A DNA stretch of 64,000 bases from an uncultured Verrucomicrobiae bacterium (GTDB lineage: Bacteria; Verrucomicrobiota; Verrucomicrobiia; Palsa-1439): NCBI GenBank assembly GCA_963812605.1, contig CAWEWF010000014.1, positions 384,001 to 448,000 of the forward strand. The letters are read 5' to 3'. Shown one piece after another: positions 51,114-61,413 of the stretch (positions are counted from its first letter, which is position 1; each line of letters opens with the position of its first letter). The notes beneath the pieces are model-generated. The model was given only the letters and a program-made list of their open reading frames with translations. It made no database searches and was not told the origin of the DNA. Both the position numbers and the translations under genes were made by a program.

Positions 51114-52756
51114 ATGGCAACGAACCCACTTTCCCTTACGCAACGGCCGGCATGGCGCGCGCTCGCCGCGCATCACCAGGAGATCAAGGACATTCACTTG
51201 CGGCAGTTTTTCGCCGCTGACCCGAAGCGCGGCGAGCGCCTGGTCATTGAGGATGCCGGGATTTACCTCGATTACTCGAAGAATCGCATCAACGAAGAAA
51301 CCATTCGGCTGCTCATCGCTCTCGCGGAGGAATGCGGTTTGCGAGCGCGCATCGAGGCGATGTTTCGCGGCGAGAAGATCAACGTGACGGAGAAGCGCGC
51401 GGTATTGCACGTGGCACTGCGGGCGCCACATGATCAGTCGATTCTGGTGGATGGCGAGAATGTGGTGCCGAAAGTGCACGAAGTCCTGGACCGGATGGCT
51501 GATTTCGCCAATCGTGTTCGCAGCGGCGCCTGGAAGGGGCATACTGGCAAGCGCATCCGCAATGTAATCAATATCGGGATTGGAGGATCGGACCTCGGGC
51601 CGGTAATGGCGTACGAGGCGTTGCGCCACTACAGCCAGCGCGAGCTTGTTTTTCGGTTTGTCTCGAACGTGGACGGCACGGATTTTGCCGAGGCGACACG
51701 CGACCTCAAGGCGGAGGAGACGCTGTTCATCGTGTCGTCGAAAACGTTTACGACGCAGGAAACGATGACCAACGCGCACTCGGCCCGCGAGTGGGCGTTG
51801 AAACAATTGGGCGACGAAAAAGCGGTGGCGAAGCATTTCGTGGCGGTATCGACCAACGGTCCGGAGGTGGCGAAGTTCGGGATCGACACCGCCAATATGT
51901 TTGGGTTTTGGGACTGGGTGGGCGGGCGCTATTCGATGGACTCGGCGATCGGTCTTTCAACGATGCTCGCCATCGGACCGGAGAACTTTCGCGCCATGCT
52001 CGCGGGCTTCCACGCGATGGACGAACATTTTCGCACCACACCGTTCGCCAGGAACCTCCGGCGCTCCTCGGCCTGCTCGGCGTGTGGTACAACAACTTCT
52101 TTGGCTCGCAGACGATTGCGGTTCTGCCATACGACCAGTATCTGAAGCGATTTCCGGCGTACCTGCAGCAGTTGACGATGGAGAGCAACGGCAAATCCGT
52201 CACGCTCGAAGGCGGGCGGGTGGATTACCAAACCGGCGCGATCTTCTGGGGAGAACCAGGCACGAACGGGCAGCATTCGTTCTACCAACTCATCCATCAG
52301 GGGACAAAATTGATTCCCTGCGATTTCATCGGTTTCGGTCGGGCGCTGAACCCGCTGGGCGAGCATCACGATTTGTTGATGTCGAACCTGTTGGCCCAAA
52401 GCGAGGCCCTGGCATTTGGAAAGACGGCGGCGGAGGTCAAGGCCGAGGGAACGCCGGATTGGCTGGCGCCACATCGGGTCTTCGAAGGCAACCGTCCTTC
52501 GAACACGATCCTGATCGAGCTGTTAACGCCTGAAGTGCTGGGCAAACTCGTGGCGCTGTATGAGCACGCGGTCTATACGCAGGGCGTGATTTGGAACGTC
52601 GATTCTTTTGACCAGTGGGGAGTGGAATTAGGGAAGGTATTGGCGCGGCGCATTACACCCGAACTACAACCCGCGACCGAAATGCCACTGAAACACGATA
52701 GTTCCACGAATACACTCATCCGCCGCTATCGCAAACTCAGGGGAAGCGCGAAGTAG
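51114..52756 (+). CDS. pgi: Glucose-6-phosphate isomerase (frameshift near 52058)
   Basis: [29 protein letters not shown]; second frame [25 protein letters not shown]. Confidence 0.95.
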
Positions 52757-52767
52757 GAAACATTTCT

Positions 52768-53310
52768 ATGAAAACTCAGGAATTGCACGTGGGGATGAAG
52801 GTCAAGCATCCCCATCACGGGATGGGCACGGTCAAATCCGTCACGGAGAACATGGCGGAGATTCGGTTTAACGATGCGACGCGAACCATTGCGCCCGAAA
52901 CGAGCGACCTCGAAGCCGCTGAAGCCCGGACATCCGTCAGCGGACTGGACATGCCGCTGGAGCAATTCGTCGAGAAGGTGACGCGCGTCTTGCTCGGTGA
53001 ACTCGGCGTGGAGAGGCCGGGAGACGTAGTGGAGCAACTGGGAAGCCGGTGGCATGGCGGGCGGCTGGCGCTTCATCCCGCAGACACGGGCTTGCAGGCC
53101 AAGGAAGTGCCGCTGGATGTGTTCTTCCACAAGGTCGTGATGCTCCGCAACAACCTGCGCGTGCTGGAGCAAAAGATCAACAGCCATGAGAAACTAAGCG
53201 ATGCCGACAAAGTGGAATTCCAGCAGTACATCACGCGGTCGTACGGTTCCTTGACGACGTTCAACGTGCTTTTCAAGGACAAGCAGGACCACTTCAGGGG
53301 CGCGGAGTGA
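52768..53310 (+). CDS. Hypothetical protein with SH3/CarD-like N-terminus
   Basis: VKHP.HG.G.V N-terminus; FFHKVVMLRNNLRVLEQKIN, YGSLTTFN. Confidence 0.75.
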   Translation: MKTQELHVGMKVKHPHHGMGTVKSVTENMAEIRFNDATRTIAPETSDLEAAEARTSVSGLDMPLEQFVEKVTRVLLGELGVERPGDVVEQLGSRWHGGRLALHPADTGLQAKEVPLDVFFHKVVMLRNNLRVLEQKINSHEKLSDADKVEFQQYITRSYGSLTTFNVLFKDKQDHFRGAE

Positions 53311-53800
53311 CCGTCGTCGCCGCCACGTCCTTCTTGGCGACGACGCTGATCTGGCCGTTGTTCTCCAGCATGGCATAGTGCACATCTTCGACATTGATGC
53401 AACCGGCGGCGCGCAAGGCGGCGCTCAATTCGTGGTGCGTCAGCTTCTCGCGCACCAGAACTTCTTCATACAGACGGCCGTTATGAATGAGGACTTCGGG
53501 ACGGCCTTCAATAAGGGCCTCTACTCGCTTGTTCCGATAGGCGGCGCGACCGACCAGGTAATTGACGAGCACAAGCGTGCAAGCCGAGAGGACGCCGGCC
53601 AGCACGGAGTTGTCCCCGCCATTCATGGCATTCTGCACGGCGTTGCTGAGAACGAGCAGCAGGACGAGGTCGAACGGCGCGAGTTGGCCGACCTGCCGTT
53701 TGCCGGTCAGGCGCAGCAGCACGATGAGGAACCCGTAAACGATCAGGGCGCGGACGATGAATTCCCACCACGGTAAAGAAAGCTGCCACATGGCGGTCAT
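53294..53800 (-). CDS. DUF421 (YetF-like) membrane protein
   Basis: RLTGKRQVGQLAPFDLV, EGRP.VLI.NG, LENNGQISV. Confidence 0.88.
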   Translation of the reverse strand: MTAMWQLSLPWWEFIVRALIVYGFLIVLLRLTGKRQVGQLAPFDLVLLLVLSNAVQNAMNGGDNSVLAGVLSACTLVLVNYLVGRAAYRNKRVEALIEGRPEVLIHNGRLYEEVLVREKLTHHELSAALRAAGCINVEDVHYAMLENNGQISVVAKKDVAATTVTPRP

Positions 53801-53827
53801 TCTAGCCGAACGCCCGGCAAATACAGT

Positions 53828-54829
53828 TCAAAACCGCAAGACCATTTGCAGGCCCACCGCATCGCGAGTGACGTAGGGCTGAAGGACACCGTCCGTGTTG
53901 CGGCGATAATGGAAGTGGACGATGTTTTTGCCGACGGCATCGCCAAGGAACGCGCCGCCAACAACGTCGCTGAGCCAGTGTTTGTTATCGGTAATGCGTT
54001 GAGCACCGACAGCGCCGGCGAACGCGTACAAGGGCCAGGTCACCCAGGGATTGTGCCAAACTTCACTGACACTGGAAGCGAATGCAAAGGCCACAGTCGA
54101 TTCTCCCGAAACGAACGATGAATTGAATGCTCCTCCGCTGGGTCCATCAAACTGAAACTGGTTTCTGGCTGAATCCGGCCGTTTCCGTCCCGTCAGGAAC
54201 TTAATTCCTTCTTCCAAACCACCGGCGTAGGCGACCGATTCGAACGCCAGGAAACCGGAGTCTGCCAGTTTCTCATTTTGCACGGCCAGCCCGGAGCCAA
54301 AGATCGCAGCGCTCGCGGCGAAGTAGTAGGTGCCGCCGCCGGTAATTGAGCGAACGGTATTCAGGCCGTCGTCGAGTGACGGGGATGGATTGTCGCGGAC
54401 AAAGTCGCGCACGGTGTTGTCCAGGGGGAACAACGCACCGGTAATGCCAACCTCGATGCCGAACGTCTGCCACTCCTCACTGCCCCAATACACCGGCCGC
54501 GTGACGAGATTAATCGGGTCTTTCCAAAGCCATTCCAGGTATTTCTGCGGCCAGTTCTGCGCCTGGTAGGGCAGTAAATACATTTGTCGTTCCCGCGGTG
54601 GCACGACTCCGTCATTATTAGTATTGCCGGCAACCATGAATTGAGCATCGTCCCCGTCAAGCCTGTAGGCGTCCGCACTGTCCATGACGCCCGCCGGTGC
54701 CTCATTTGTCCGGGTGAGCAGACCTGGCGGCAGATAGAAACCCGGAAAAGAATATGGGTCCGCGCACAGGCCTCGTTGGGTGCTGAAGAAGAGGGCAGCC
54801 AGAGTGATGGTGAGCAGCGAAGACTTCAT
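53828..54829 (-). CDS. PAP2 family phosphatase
   Basis: Signal peptide; K...GR.RP, SFVSG (E in place of the usual H), R....HWLSDV. Confidence 0.8.
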   Translation of the reverse strand: MKSSLLTITLAALFFSTQRGLCADPYSFPGFYLPPGLLTRTNEAPAGVMDSADAYRLDGDDAQFMVAGNTNNDGVVPPRERQMYLLPYQAQNWPQKYLEWLWKDPINLVTRPVYWGSEEWQTFGIEVGITGALFPLDNTVRDFVRDNPSPSLDDGLNTVRSITGGGTYYFAASAAIFGSGLAVQNEKLADSGFLAFESVAYAGGLEEGIKFLTGRKRPDSARNQFQFDGPSGGAFNSSFVSGESTVAFAFASSVSEVWHNPWVTWPLYAFAGAVGAQRITDNKHWLSDVVGGAFLGDAVGKNIVHFHYRRNTDGVLQPYVTRDAVGLQMVLRF

Positions 54830-54962
54830 CGCATCTTGTTCTTCCTGACTCGCGAATACTACCGAAGCGCAGAGTGCCGCAAGAAGAGCTTCAAGTCAAT
54901 CAGCGAAGGAACAAATTACCGTGCGGCTAGCGAAGCCGCAATCGTGTTGTCGTGGAAGCTTA

Positions 54963-55628
54963 CTACCAGGCGCTCATCGTGTCGTAGCGGAAAGTCATAT
55001 CGCTGGCGATGTAGCCGCCATACCATTGGACGTGTCCATCGGCGAAGAGCAGGTTCTGGCCGGCGCCATGGCGTTGCCAATCCATCCATACCCCAGCGCC
55101 GCCGGTCGGGCCTCCCACGCAGTTCTGCGTGAAATCATCCTTGTCGGCATCGACCGGCTGGAAACTGCTGCCGCTCGCCCGTTGGCCGCCCGTGTCCCCC
55201 GACAGCACGTAAGCTTGGGGATAGACAATGCGTCGGCGGTCGACGGAGACGAAGTGATTTGTACCCGCGGCGACGTATGCGGCACGCGCGCCGTTGAAGT
55301 AACTGAAAGCGGAACGCGTATCGAGAGGACAATGATAGATTACCTTGCTCTTGGTGTAGGGGAAGATCTGCTGCATCCAGCTCGGTAGTCCCGTCGTCGA
55401 GTCGGTTTGATCCCAAGGGATCATATCTCCCGAGCAAGGAAACATCTCGCCGTGCTCGTCGGCGTAGAGGCTCATGGCAACGTGAATCTGGTGGAGGTTG
55501 GAACAACATTGAGCGGCAGCCGCCTTCGCCTTGGCCATCCCCAGGACCGGCAGCAGCAACGCAGCCAGAACGCCGATGATCGCAATCACGACCAGCAACT
55601 CGATCAAGGTGAATGCCTTGCGGTTCAA
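54963..55628 (-). CDS. Prepilin-type N-terminal cleavage/methylation protein with H-X9-DG motif
   Basis: TTG start after AGGAGG; [37 protein letters not shown]. Confidence 0.9.
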   Translation of the reverse strand: MNRKAFTLIELLVVIAIIGVLAALLLPVLGMAKAKAAAAQCCSNLHQIHVAMSLYADEHGEMFPCSGDMIPWDQTDSTTGLPSWMQQIFPYTKSKVIYHCPLDTRSAFSYFNGARAAYVAAGTNHFVSVDRRRIVYPQAYVLSGDTGGQRASGSSFQPVDADKDDFTQNCVGGPTGGAGVWMDWQRHGAGQNLLFADGHVQWYGGYIASDMTFRYDTMSAW

Positions 55629-55756
55629 TGCAACCCTCCTGCTTCCATGGGCATGCATAATGATGGCAAAAACCATTGTTCGCGTCCAGCCATTTATGTT
55701 GAAACAAAGTGGGGCGTTCGAGCGTCTTACTTGTTGGAGAAAGAAGGTGTAGAGAT

Positions 55757-56484
55757 ATGAAACGGGCGATTTTGGATGTGGTGCTGGGGATGCTTTTGGT
55801 CGGAACTTCGGCGTACGCGCAAATGGGAGCCAGAGGTGGTTCGGTCAATGGTGCGAGAGAGAGCTTCGGAAATGGCGGTTCTGTCGAACGGGCTCCCGCT
55901 CCTTCGTTCCATGGTGGTCCTGGCCCAAGAGTTAATGTCCCGATGCCGGGTCACATGATGGTTGATCCGCGAAGCTTTGGGCATCCGGGTGTTGTCGGCG
56001 ATAGGGGTCCAGGTGACCGGAGAACGTTTGGTCAGCGGGGCGATTTTGGTGATCGGCGTGTTTTCCGCGGAGGGCTTTTCGAGCATGGTTTTGGTCGTGG
56101 GCGCGGCGTGGTCGTCTTTGCGTACGGCGTCCCGTATTACTCTTACCCTGACTACGGGTATGACGATTCAGCACCGTACTACGCGCCGGATTCGTCTTAC
56201 GTGCCGGATTCCGCAGTGGAATACACTTCGACCCAGACACGCAGACGCAGCAATACACGAATCAAGACGCCGATAGCTACTATCAGCCTGGTTATCAATG
56301 GGGTGGCGAAATGAAGCTGTACCACGTGACCATGGACCAGTTCGTGGTGTACTTGAAGTCGTATATCGTGAATTCATCGCCGGTCCAGCAGGCAGCTTTC
56401 CGCTCGGGATTTGTGGCGCACTTCGGCGCGGACGGGCAAACGATCTACGATCAAGCCGTGCAACAGGCCCTCCAGCCCAGCTAA
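55757..56484 (+). CDS. Secreted Gly/Arg-rich, Tyr-rich hypothetical protein (frameshift near 56230)
   Basis: Signal peptide, Gly/Arg/Phe-rich region, YYSYPDY; continues as QYTNQDADSYYQPGYQWG...ALQPS* in another frame. Confidence 0.6.
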
Positions 56485-56607
56485 ATCTCCACGCTGTCTT
56501 GCGACAAGAGAAAAGCTGATGGATTCGACAGGCAGTATCTTTCCCTTGAGGTGACGGCTGGCTCCGCATAACATTCCACGAATGGGACCCTCCAAGGAAT
56601 GCGGTCA

Positions 56608-56847
56608 ATGACGACGGTTGAACAGGAGCTACGGGACGCGCTCGCCAAATTCATGCGCGCCGCAGCCGATAAAAACAAGGCTGTGGTGGCCGCGACGCTG
56701 GCGCGCGTGACGGAATTACAACAACAACTTGGCGCCGATGCGCCTCCGATGCTGCGTCATTACCTCGAGCGGCGCAGTTACCAGAAAGCGCTGGATTTCC
56801 TGAACGCGGGCCGGCCGGAGACGGAAACGCCGCGGTGTGGGCACTAA
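56608..56847 (+). CDS. Small hypothetical protein
   Basis: Helical 79 aa, L.HYLERRSYQKAL.FL. Confidence 0.65.
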   Translation: MTTVEQELRDALAKFMRAAADKNKAVVAATLARVTELQQQLGADAPPMLRHYLERRSYQKALDFLNAGRPETETPRCGH

Positions 56848-57258
56848 CTACGCGGCATTCTTTGCGCGACGGCGCTCCATCGCCCAGAGGGTGATAATCG
56901 TGAGCAAATCGCTGGTGACATGGAACCTGCGGACGCCGTCGTAAGCCGGCGGCGTTAACGTAGGCTCAAGTGCCTCACGTACCTTCATATCGGGTGTGTC
57001 TGATCCTGTGGTAGAAGCCTGCTTGATTGCGTCCAGGGTGGCGAATCGCTGTAGCGTCGTGTCGTGAATGGCATCGAGGTTCTTGTAGGCAAAAAAAGCG
57101 AAGAGCACCGTAACCAGGGTGGTCGTAAAAAAGTCCCGTTGCTTGCGGAGAGACGAGAACGCCAGCAGGCCGCCGATCACGACAACGTAAAGGGTCCAAT
57201 ACGCCTGGAGCGCATTCGAACGCTCGAAGTAAAGTTGGATCAATTCGCTATACCGCAC
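56848..57258 (-). CDS. Hypothetical membrane protein
   Basis: GTG start after GGAGG; YFERSNALQ.YWTLYVVVIGGLLAF. Confidence 0.7.
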   Translation of the reverse strand: MRYSELIQLYFERSNALQAYWTLYVVVIGGLLAFSSLRKQRDFFTTTLVTVLFAFFAYKNLDAIHDTTLQRFATLDAIKQASTTGSDTPDMKVREALEPTLTPPAYDGVRRFHVTSDLLTIITLWAMERRRAKNAA

Positions 57259-57398
57259 GAACGCCTCCGTTTGAATTCTTACGAGGGGTGCAGCCCGAAG
57301 GCAAGCCGGAAGAGCCCAGGGACTTTTGCCTTGCTTGAGGTTTTGGCACGGCGATAGTCTGGCGCGCAACGCCGGGACGTTGAGGACGACCCGTAGTC

Positions 57399-58046
57399 AT
57401 GACGCAATATCAACCAACTTCTCGACGACCGATTGCCGATATGTTTCGAAGGTTCGCGCACGGCCCCACACATTGGTGTGTGAGCCATAATGTTCATCCC
57501 GATCAAATCTCCTATCTCTCAGTGGTTGCCGCGGCAGTGGCGGCGGTGTGTTTTTGGCGTTCGAGCGCATACCCGTGGCTGCTGATAATCGGGCCGGTGT
57601 TCTGTTACCTACGGCTCTGGTGTAACATGCTGGATGGGATGGTTGCCTTGGCCGGCGGCAAAGCCAGTTGGCGCGGGGAGATCCTGAATGATCTGCCGGA
57701 TCGCGTGTCGGATGTGTTGATCTTTGTTGGAGTGGCGCATAGCGGATTCGGCAATGTTTTCCTGGGCTACTGGGCGGCGATTTTTGCGGTGCTGACAGCC
57801 TACGTGGGAATGTTTGGGCAGGCAGTGGGAGTGCAGCGCGAGTTCAGCGGCGTGATGGCCAAGCCATGGCGGATGGTGGCACTGCACATTGGCGCCTGGC
57901 TGGCATTTGTTTGGCGGGGCCGATACGGCGGGCCAACCGTCCTGGACTGGACGTGTCTCGTCGTGATTGCCGGATGTGTGGAGACCATCGCCGTCCGGTT
58001 GACACGAATCTTCGACGCGCTGCGTGCGAAGGACCTGAAGCGATGA
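57399..58046 (+). CDS. ynbA: CDP-alcohol phosphatidyltransferase (YnbA-like)
   Basis: NMLDGMVA...G..S..GEILNDLPDRVSD. Confidence 0.8.
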   Translation: MTQYQPTSRRPIADMFRRFAHGPTHWCVSHNVHPDQISYLSVVAAAVAAVCFWRSSAYPWLLIIGPVFCYLRLWCNMLDGMVALAGGKASWRGEILNDLPDRVSDVLIFVGVAHSGFGNVFLGYWAAIFAVLTAYVGMFGQAVGVQREFSGVMAKPWRMVALHIGAWLAFVWRGRYGGPTVLDWTCLVVIAGCVETIAVRLTRIFDALRAKDLKR

Positions 58047-58996
58047 ACGCAACCTTCGCGCTACATGATCCCGTATTTCGCCTTTACTGCATCATCACCG
58101 CCGGGGCATTGGTTGTGGGGGGTGTCCTGCTGGTATTCCTGACGCTGGTGTTGAAGAAGGACCTGCAATCGGTTTGGGCGACGTATCGGAGTTGGTTGCT
58201 GATGGCGCCGATGGTTCTGGGGTGTGTGTGCGTCGGGCGCGTGACGACGATCGTGTTGGTTTGGCTGCTGGCGATGGGCGGATTCAAGGAATACGCGCGC
58301 GCGACGGGGTTGTATCGGGACTGGTGGATGACCGGTGCGATGTACGTCGCGATCTTCGCGGTTGCCATTGTTTCGTTGCTTCCGCGGCCGCCGGGTGGCG
58401 ACCGGGGGCCCGGCTGGTACGGATTGTTCATGACCCTGCCGGTGTTCGCCATCGCGATGATTTTGATTATCCCTATCATTCGCAACCAGGTGCAAGGTCA
58501 ACTCCAAAGGATGTCGCAAGCCATCGTGGGTTTCATTTACATCGGTTGGATGTTTGGCCATCTCGGGTTTCTGGCAAACTCCGATCATCCCTACGGCTAC
58601 CTGCTCTACGTGATCTTTGCCACGGAATTGAACGACGTGGCGGCGTTTACCTGTGGAAAGCTTTTTGGACGGCACACGTTGCGCGGCAACATCAGTCCAA
58701 ATAAGACCTGGGAAGGGGCGCTCGGCGCGCTCGGCGTCTCACTGGTGTTGCCATGGGTGTTACGGTTCTCATTCCCGCATTTCGGGACCGTGCAACTTGT
58801 ATTGACGGGTCTCATTGTCGGTGTCGGCGGTCAACTTGGGGACTTGTCCATCAGCGTCATCAAACGCGACATAGGCATCAAAGACATGGGCGCGGCAATT
58901 CCCGGTCATGGAGGAGTCCTTGATCGGATCGACAGCCTCATTTATGTCGCACCCCTGTTCCTGCACATGGTGGACTATTGCTATCGGATTTGGTGA
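58043..58996 (+). CDS. ynbB: Phosphatidate cytidylyltransferase (YnbB/CdsA-like)
   Basis: LNDVAAF..GKLFG, ISPNKTWEG, GDL..S.IKRD.GIKDMG..IPGHGGVLDRIDS. Confidence 0.85.
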   Translation: MNATFALHDPVFRLYCIITAGALVVGGVLLVFLTLVLKKDLQSVWATYRSWLLMAPMVLGCVCVGRVTTIVLVWLLAMGGFKEYARATGLYRDWWMTGAMYVAIFAVAIVSLLPRPPGGDRGPGWYGLFMTLPVFAIAMILIIPIIRNQVQGQLQRMSQAIVGFIYIGWMFGHLGFLANSDHPYGYLLYVIFATELNDVAAFTCGKLFGRHTLRGNISPNKTWEGALGALGVSLVLPWVLRFSFPHFGTVQLVLTGLIVGVGGQLGDLSISVIKRDIGIKDMGAAIPGHGGVLDRIDSLIYVAPLFLHMVDYCYRIW

Positions 58997-58998
58997 CC

Positions 58999-59712
58999 AT
59001 GGAAACGTGGCGCTACGAACCAGCCAGTGATCTCGACCAGCCCATGATCGAGCGCTTGCGGCGATTTCCGCGCGAACCCGATATGCTGGTCTACACAGTG
59101 CGGTCGCTGGCGGCATTGATGATGCGCGGGTGGTTGAAACTCTACCATCGTCTCGAAATTACGGGCAGCGAACATTTACCGGCCACAGGCTCGTTCGTCA
59201 TGGTCGCGAACCACGCCAGCCATCTGGATGCGCTGTGTCTGCTGTCGGCCCTCCCATTGCGCAAGCTCCACCGCGCATTCCCGGCAGCCGCGCGCGACTA
59301 TTTCTTCGTCACCGCCCCACGCGTGGCCGCGGCGGCGATTCTGGTGAACGCGTTGCCGTTCGAACGGCAGGTGCATGCTCGCCAAAGCCTGGAACTCTGC
59401 CGGCACCTGCTCGCCAACAACGGCAATATCATGGTCCTGTTTCCCGAAGGCACCCGCAGTCTCGACGGCACGGTCGGCAAATTCCGTCCCGGTATTGGCT
59501 GGTTGCTGGCAGGCACATCGGTGCCCGTGCTCCCGTGCCGGCTGGATGGATGTCACGCGGCTCTGCCGAAAGGCGTGCGCTGGCCACGACCCTGTCGGCT
59601 GCGGCTGACAATCGGCGCACCGCGGACGTATGCGGATGCAGAACCTGAAGCGATTGCCGACGATTTGCGCGGTGCAATACTAGCCATGGAGGCGAAGCAT
59701 GCACCACACTGA
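58999..59712 (+). CDS. 1-acyl-sn-glycerol-3-phosphate acyltransferase (PlsC-like)
   Basis: ANHASHLD, AARDYF, FPEGTRS, F..GIG. Confidence 0.88.
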   Translation: METWRYEPASDLDQPMIERLRRFPREPDMLVYTVRSLAALMMRGWLKLYHRLEITGSEHLPATGSFVMVANHASHLDALCLLSALPLRKLHRAFPAAARDYFFVTAPRVAAAAILVNALPFERQVHARQSLELCRHLLANNGNIMVLFPEGTRSLDGTVGKFRPGIGWLLAGTSVPVLPCRLDGCHAALPKGVRWPRPCRLRLTIGAPRTYADAEPEAIADDLRGAILAMEAKHAPH

Positions 59713-61399
59713 ACACACGTCGCCGAGTTGGGACGGCGTCGATTTGTTTTATCGGACGTGGCTGCCGGGAAAGAAGGCGAAGAAAGCGCTCCTGCTTTTC
59801 CATCGTGGCCACGAACACTCTGCGCGGTGGCAGGAAACCGTGGACGCGTTGGCGCTTGACGATGTGGCTGTGTTTGCATGGGACGCGCGCGGACATGGGC
59901 GCTCGCCCGGGGAGCGCGGGTCCGCCGACAACCTGGGGGTTTTGGTAAAGGACATGGACGCGTTCGTCCGACATGTCTCCAAAGAATACAACATTGCCGT
60001 GCGCGATATGATGGTGATGGCGCACAGCGTCGGCGGAGTCATTGCCGCGGCGTGGGTGCATGATTACGCGCCGCCGATCCGAGGAATGATCCTGGCCGTA
60101 CCGGCGTTTCGTGTGAAGCTTTACGTTCCCCTGGCGGTTCCGTTCCTGCGGCTGCGGCAGAAGCTGCTCGGCCATGGCTACGTAAAGAGTTACGTAAAGG
60201 GGAAGATGCTCACGCATGATCCGCTGCAGGCAATCGCGTATGCGGCGGACAAACTCATTTTTCGCCAGATAGCCGTTAATATCCTCCTCGACTTGCACGA
60301 TGCCGGCACGCGATTGGTCGCCGATGCCGGCGCGATCGCTACACCGACGCTGCTGCTGGGGGCCGGCAGCGATTGGGTGGTGAAACTTTCGGCGCAGCAA
60401 GAGTTCTTTGAGCGACTCTCGTCGCCGGTCAAGCAGATGGAAGTCTACCCGGGCTTCTACCACTGCATCTTCCATGAGAAAGACCGCCACCTGCCGATTG
60501 CCAAAGCGCGCGAGTTCATCCTCGAGCGATTTCGACAGCCAAGCCTACCGGGCGATACGACACGTTATACCCAGGCGGAGTACGATCGACTTGTCGCAAC
60601 TCGCGGGCTGCAGTTCTTGCCCGTCAAGCTCATGATGAGAACGATGGGGCGATTGAGCAGTGGTATTCGCCTGGGCTGTCGGGCCGGCTTCGATTCCGGT
60701 GTCATGCTCGACTACGTCTACGAGAATCAGCCGCGCGGGACCACCCCGCTGGGACGGCTCATCGACCGGCAATACCTCAACAGCATCGGTTGGCGGGGGA
60801 TTCGGCAACGGAAGGTGAACCTGGAAAAAATATTGCGCGAGACCATTCGGCGAGTCCACGAGGCAGGGCGACCGGTCCGCATCCTCGACATCGCCGCGGG
60901 CGCGGGACGGTATGTCCTGGAGACGATGCGGGCGCTGCCGGACATTCCGATCAGCGCGTTGTTGCGCGATTACAAAACGGAGAACCTTGAGGCGGCGCAA
61001 CGGCTGGCGGAGGAGATGTCCCTGAAAGACGTGATTGTGGTGCAGGGCGATGCGTTTGACCGCGCCTCGCTGGCGGGGGTGACACCGAAGCCAACCATCG
61101 CCATCGTCTCGGGCTTATACGAACTGTTCCCGTCGAATGAACCGGTCATGAACTCATTGCGCGGACTGGCTGACGCCATCGAACCGGGCGGCTTTCTCAT
61201 TTACACCAACCAGCCGTGGCATCCGCAGGTGGAATTCATCGCGCGGGTGTTGACCAATCGCGAGGGCCAGCCGTGGATCATGCGGCGGCGGACACAGACG
61301 GAGATGGACGAATTGGTGAAGACGGCCGGCTTCGAGAAACTTCTTCAGGAGAGCGATCAATGGGGCATCTTCACGGTGTCGGTCGCCCGACGAAAGTAG
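59699..61399 (+). CDS. ynbC: Bifunctional alpha/beta hydrolase + class I SAM methyltransferase (YnbC-like)
   Basis: HRGHEHS, WDARGHG.SPG.RG, AHSVG; GFDSG..LDYVY.N, DIAAG.GRY, YT.QPWHPQ. Confidence 0.9.
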   Translation: MHHTEHTSPSWDGVDLFYRTWLPGKKAKKALLLFHRGHEHSARWQETVDALALDDVAVFAWDARGHGRSPGERGSADNLGVLVKDMDAFVRHVSKEYNIAVRDMMVMAHSVGGVIAAAWVHDYAPPIRGMILAVPAFRVKLYVPLAVPFLRLRQKLLGHGYVKSYVKGKMLTHDPLQAIAYAADKLIFRQIAVNILLDLHDAGTRLVADAGAIATPTLLLGAGSDWVVKLSAQQEFFERLSSPVKQMEVYPGFYHCIFHEKDRHLPIAKAREFILERFRQPSLPGDTTRYTQAEYDRLVATRGLQFLPVKLMMRTMGRLSSGIRLGCRAGFDSGVMLDYVYENQPRGTTPLGRLIDRQYLNSIGWRGIRQRKVNLEKILRETIRRVHEAGRPVRILDIAAGAGRYVLETMRALPDIPISALLRDYKTENLEAAQRLAEEMSLKDVIVVQGDAFDRASLAGVTPKPTIAIVSGLYELFPSNEPVMNSLRGLADAIEPGGFLIYTNQPWHPQVEFIARVLTNREGQPWIMRRRTQTEMDELVKTAGFEKLLQESDQWGIFTVSVARRK

Positions 61400-61413
61400 C
61401 CCGGTTCGTTTGG

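Noticed and set aside
52040-52080. Programmed frameshift in pgi or the other split genes
   Set aside because: No slippery heptamer or stimulatory structure; scattered indels fit sequencing error
57344-57360. sigma54 promoter (TGGCACGG) before ynbA
   Set aside because: Lacks the -12 GC at the required spacing; a sigma70-like TTGCTT-N18-TAGTCT fits better
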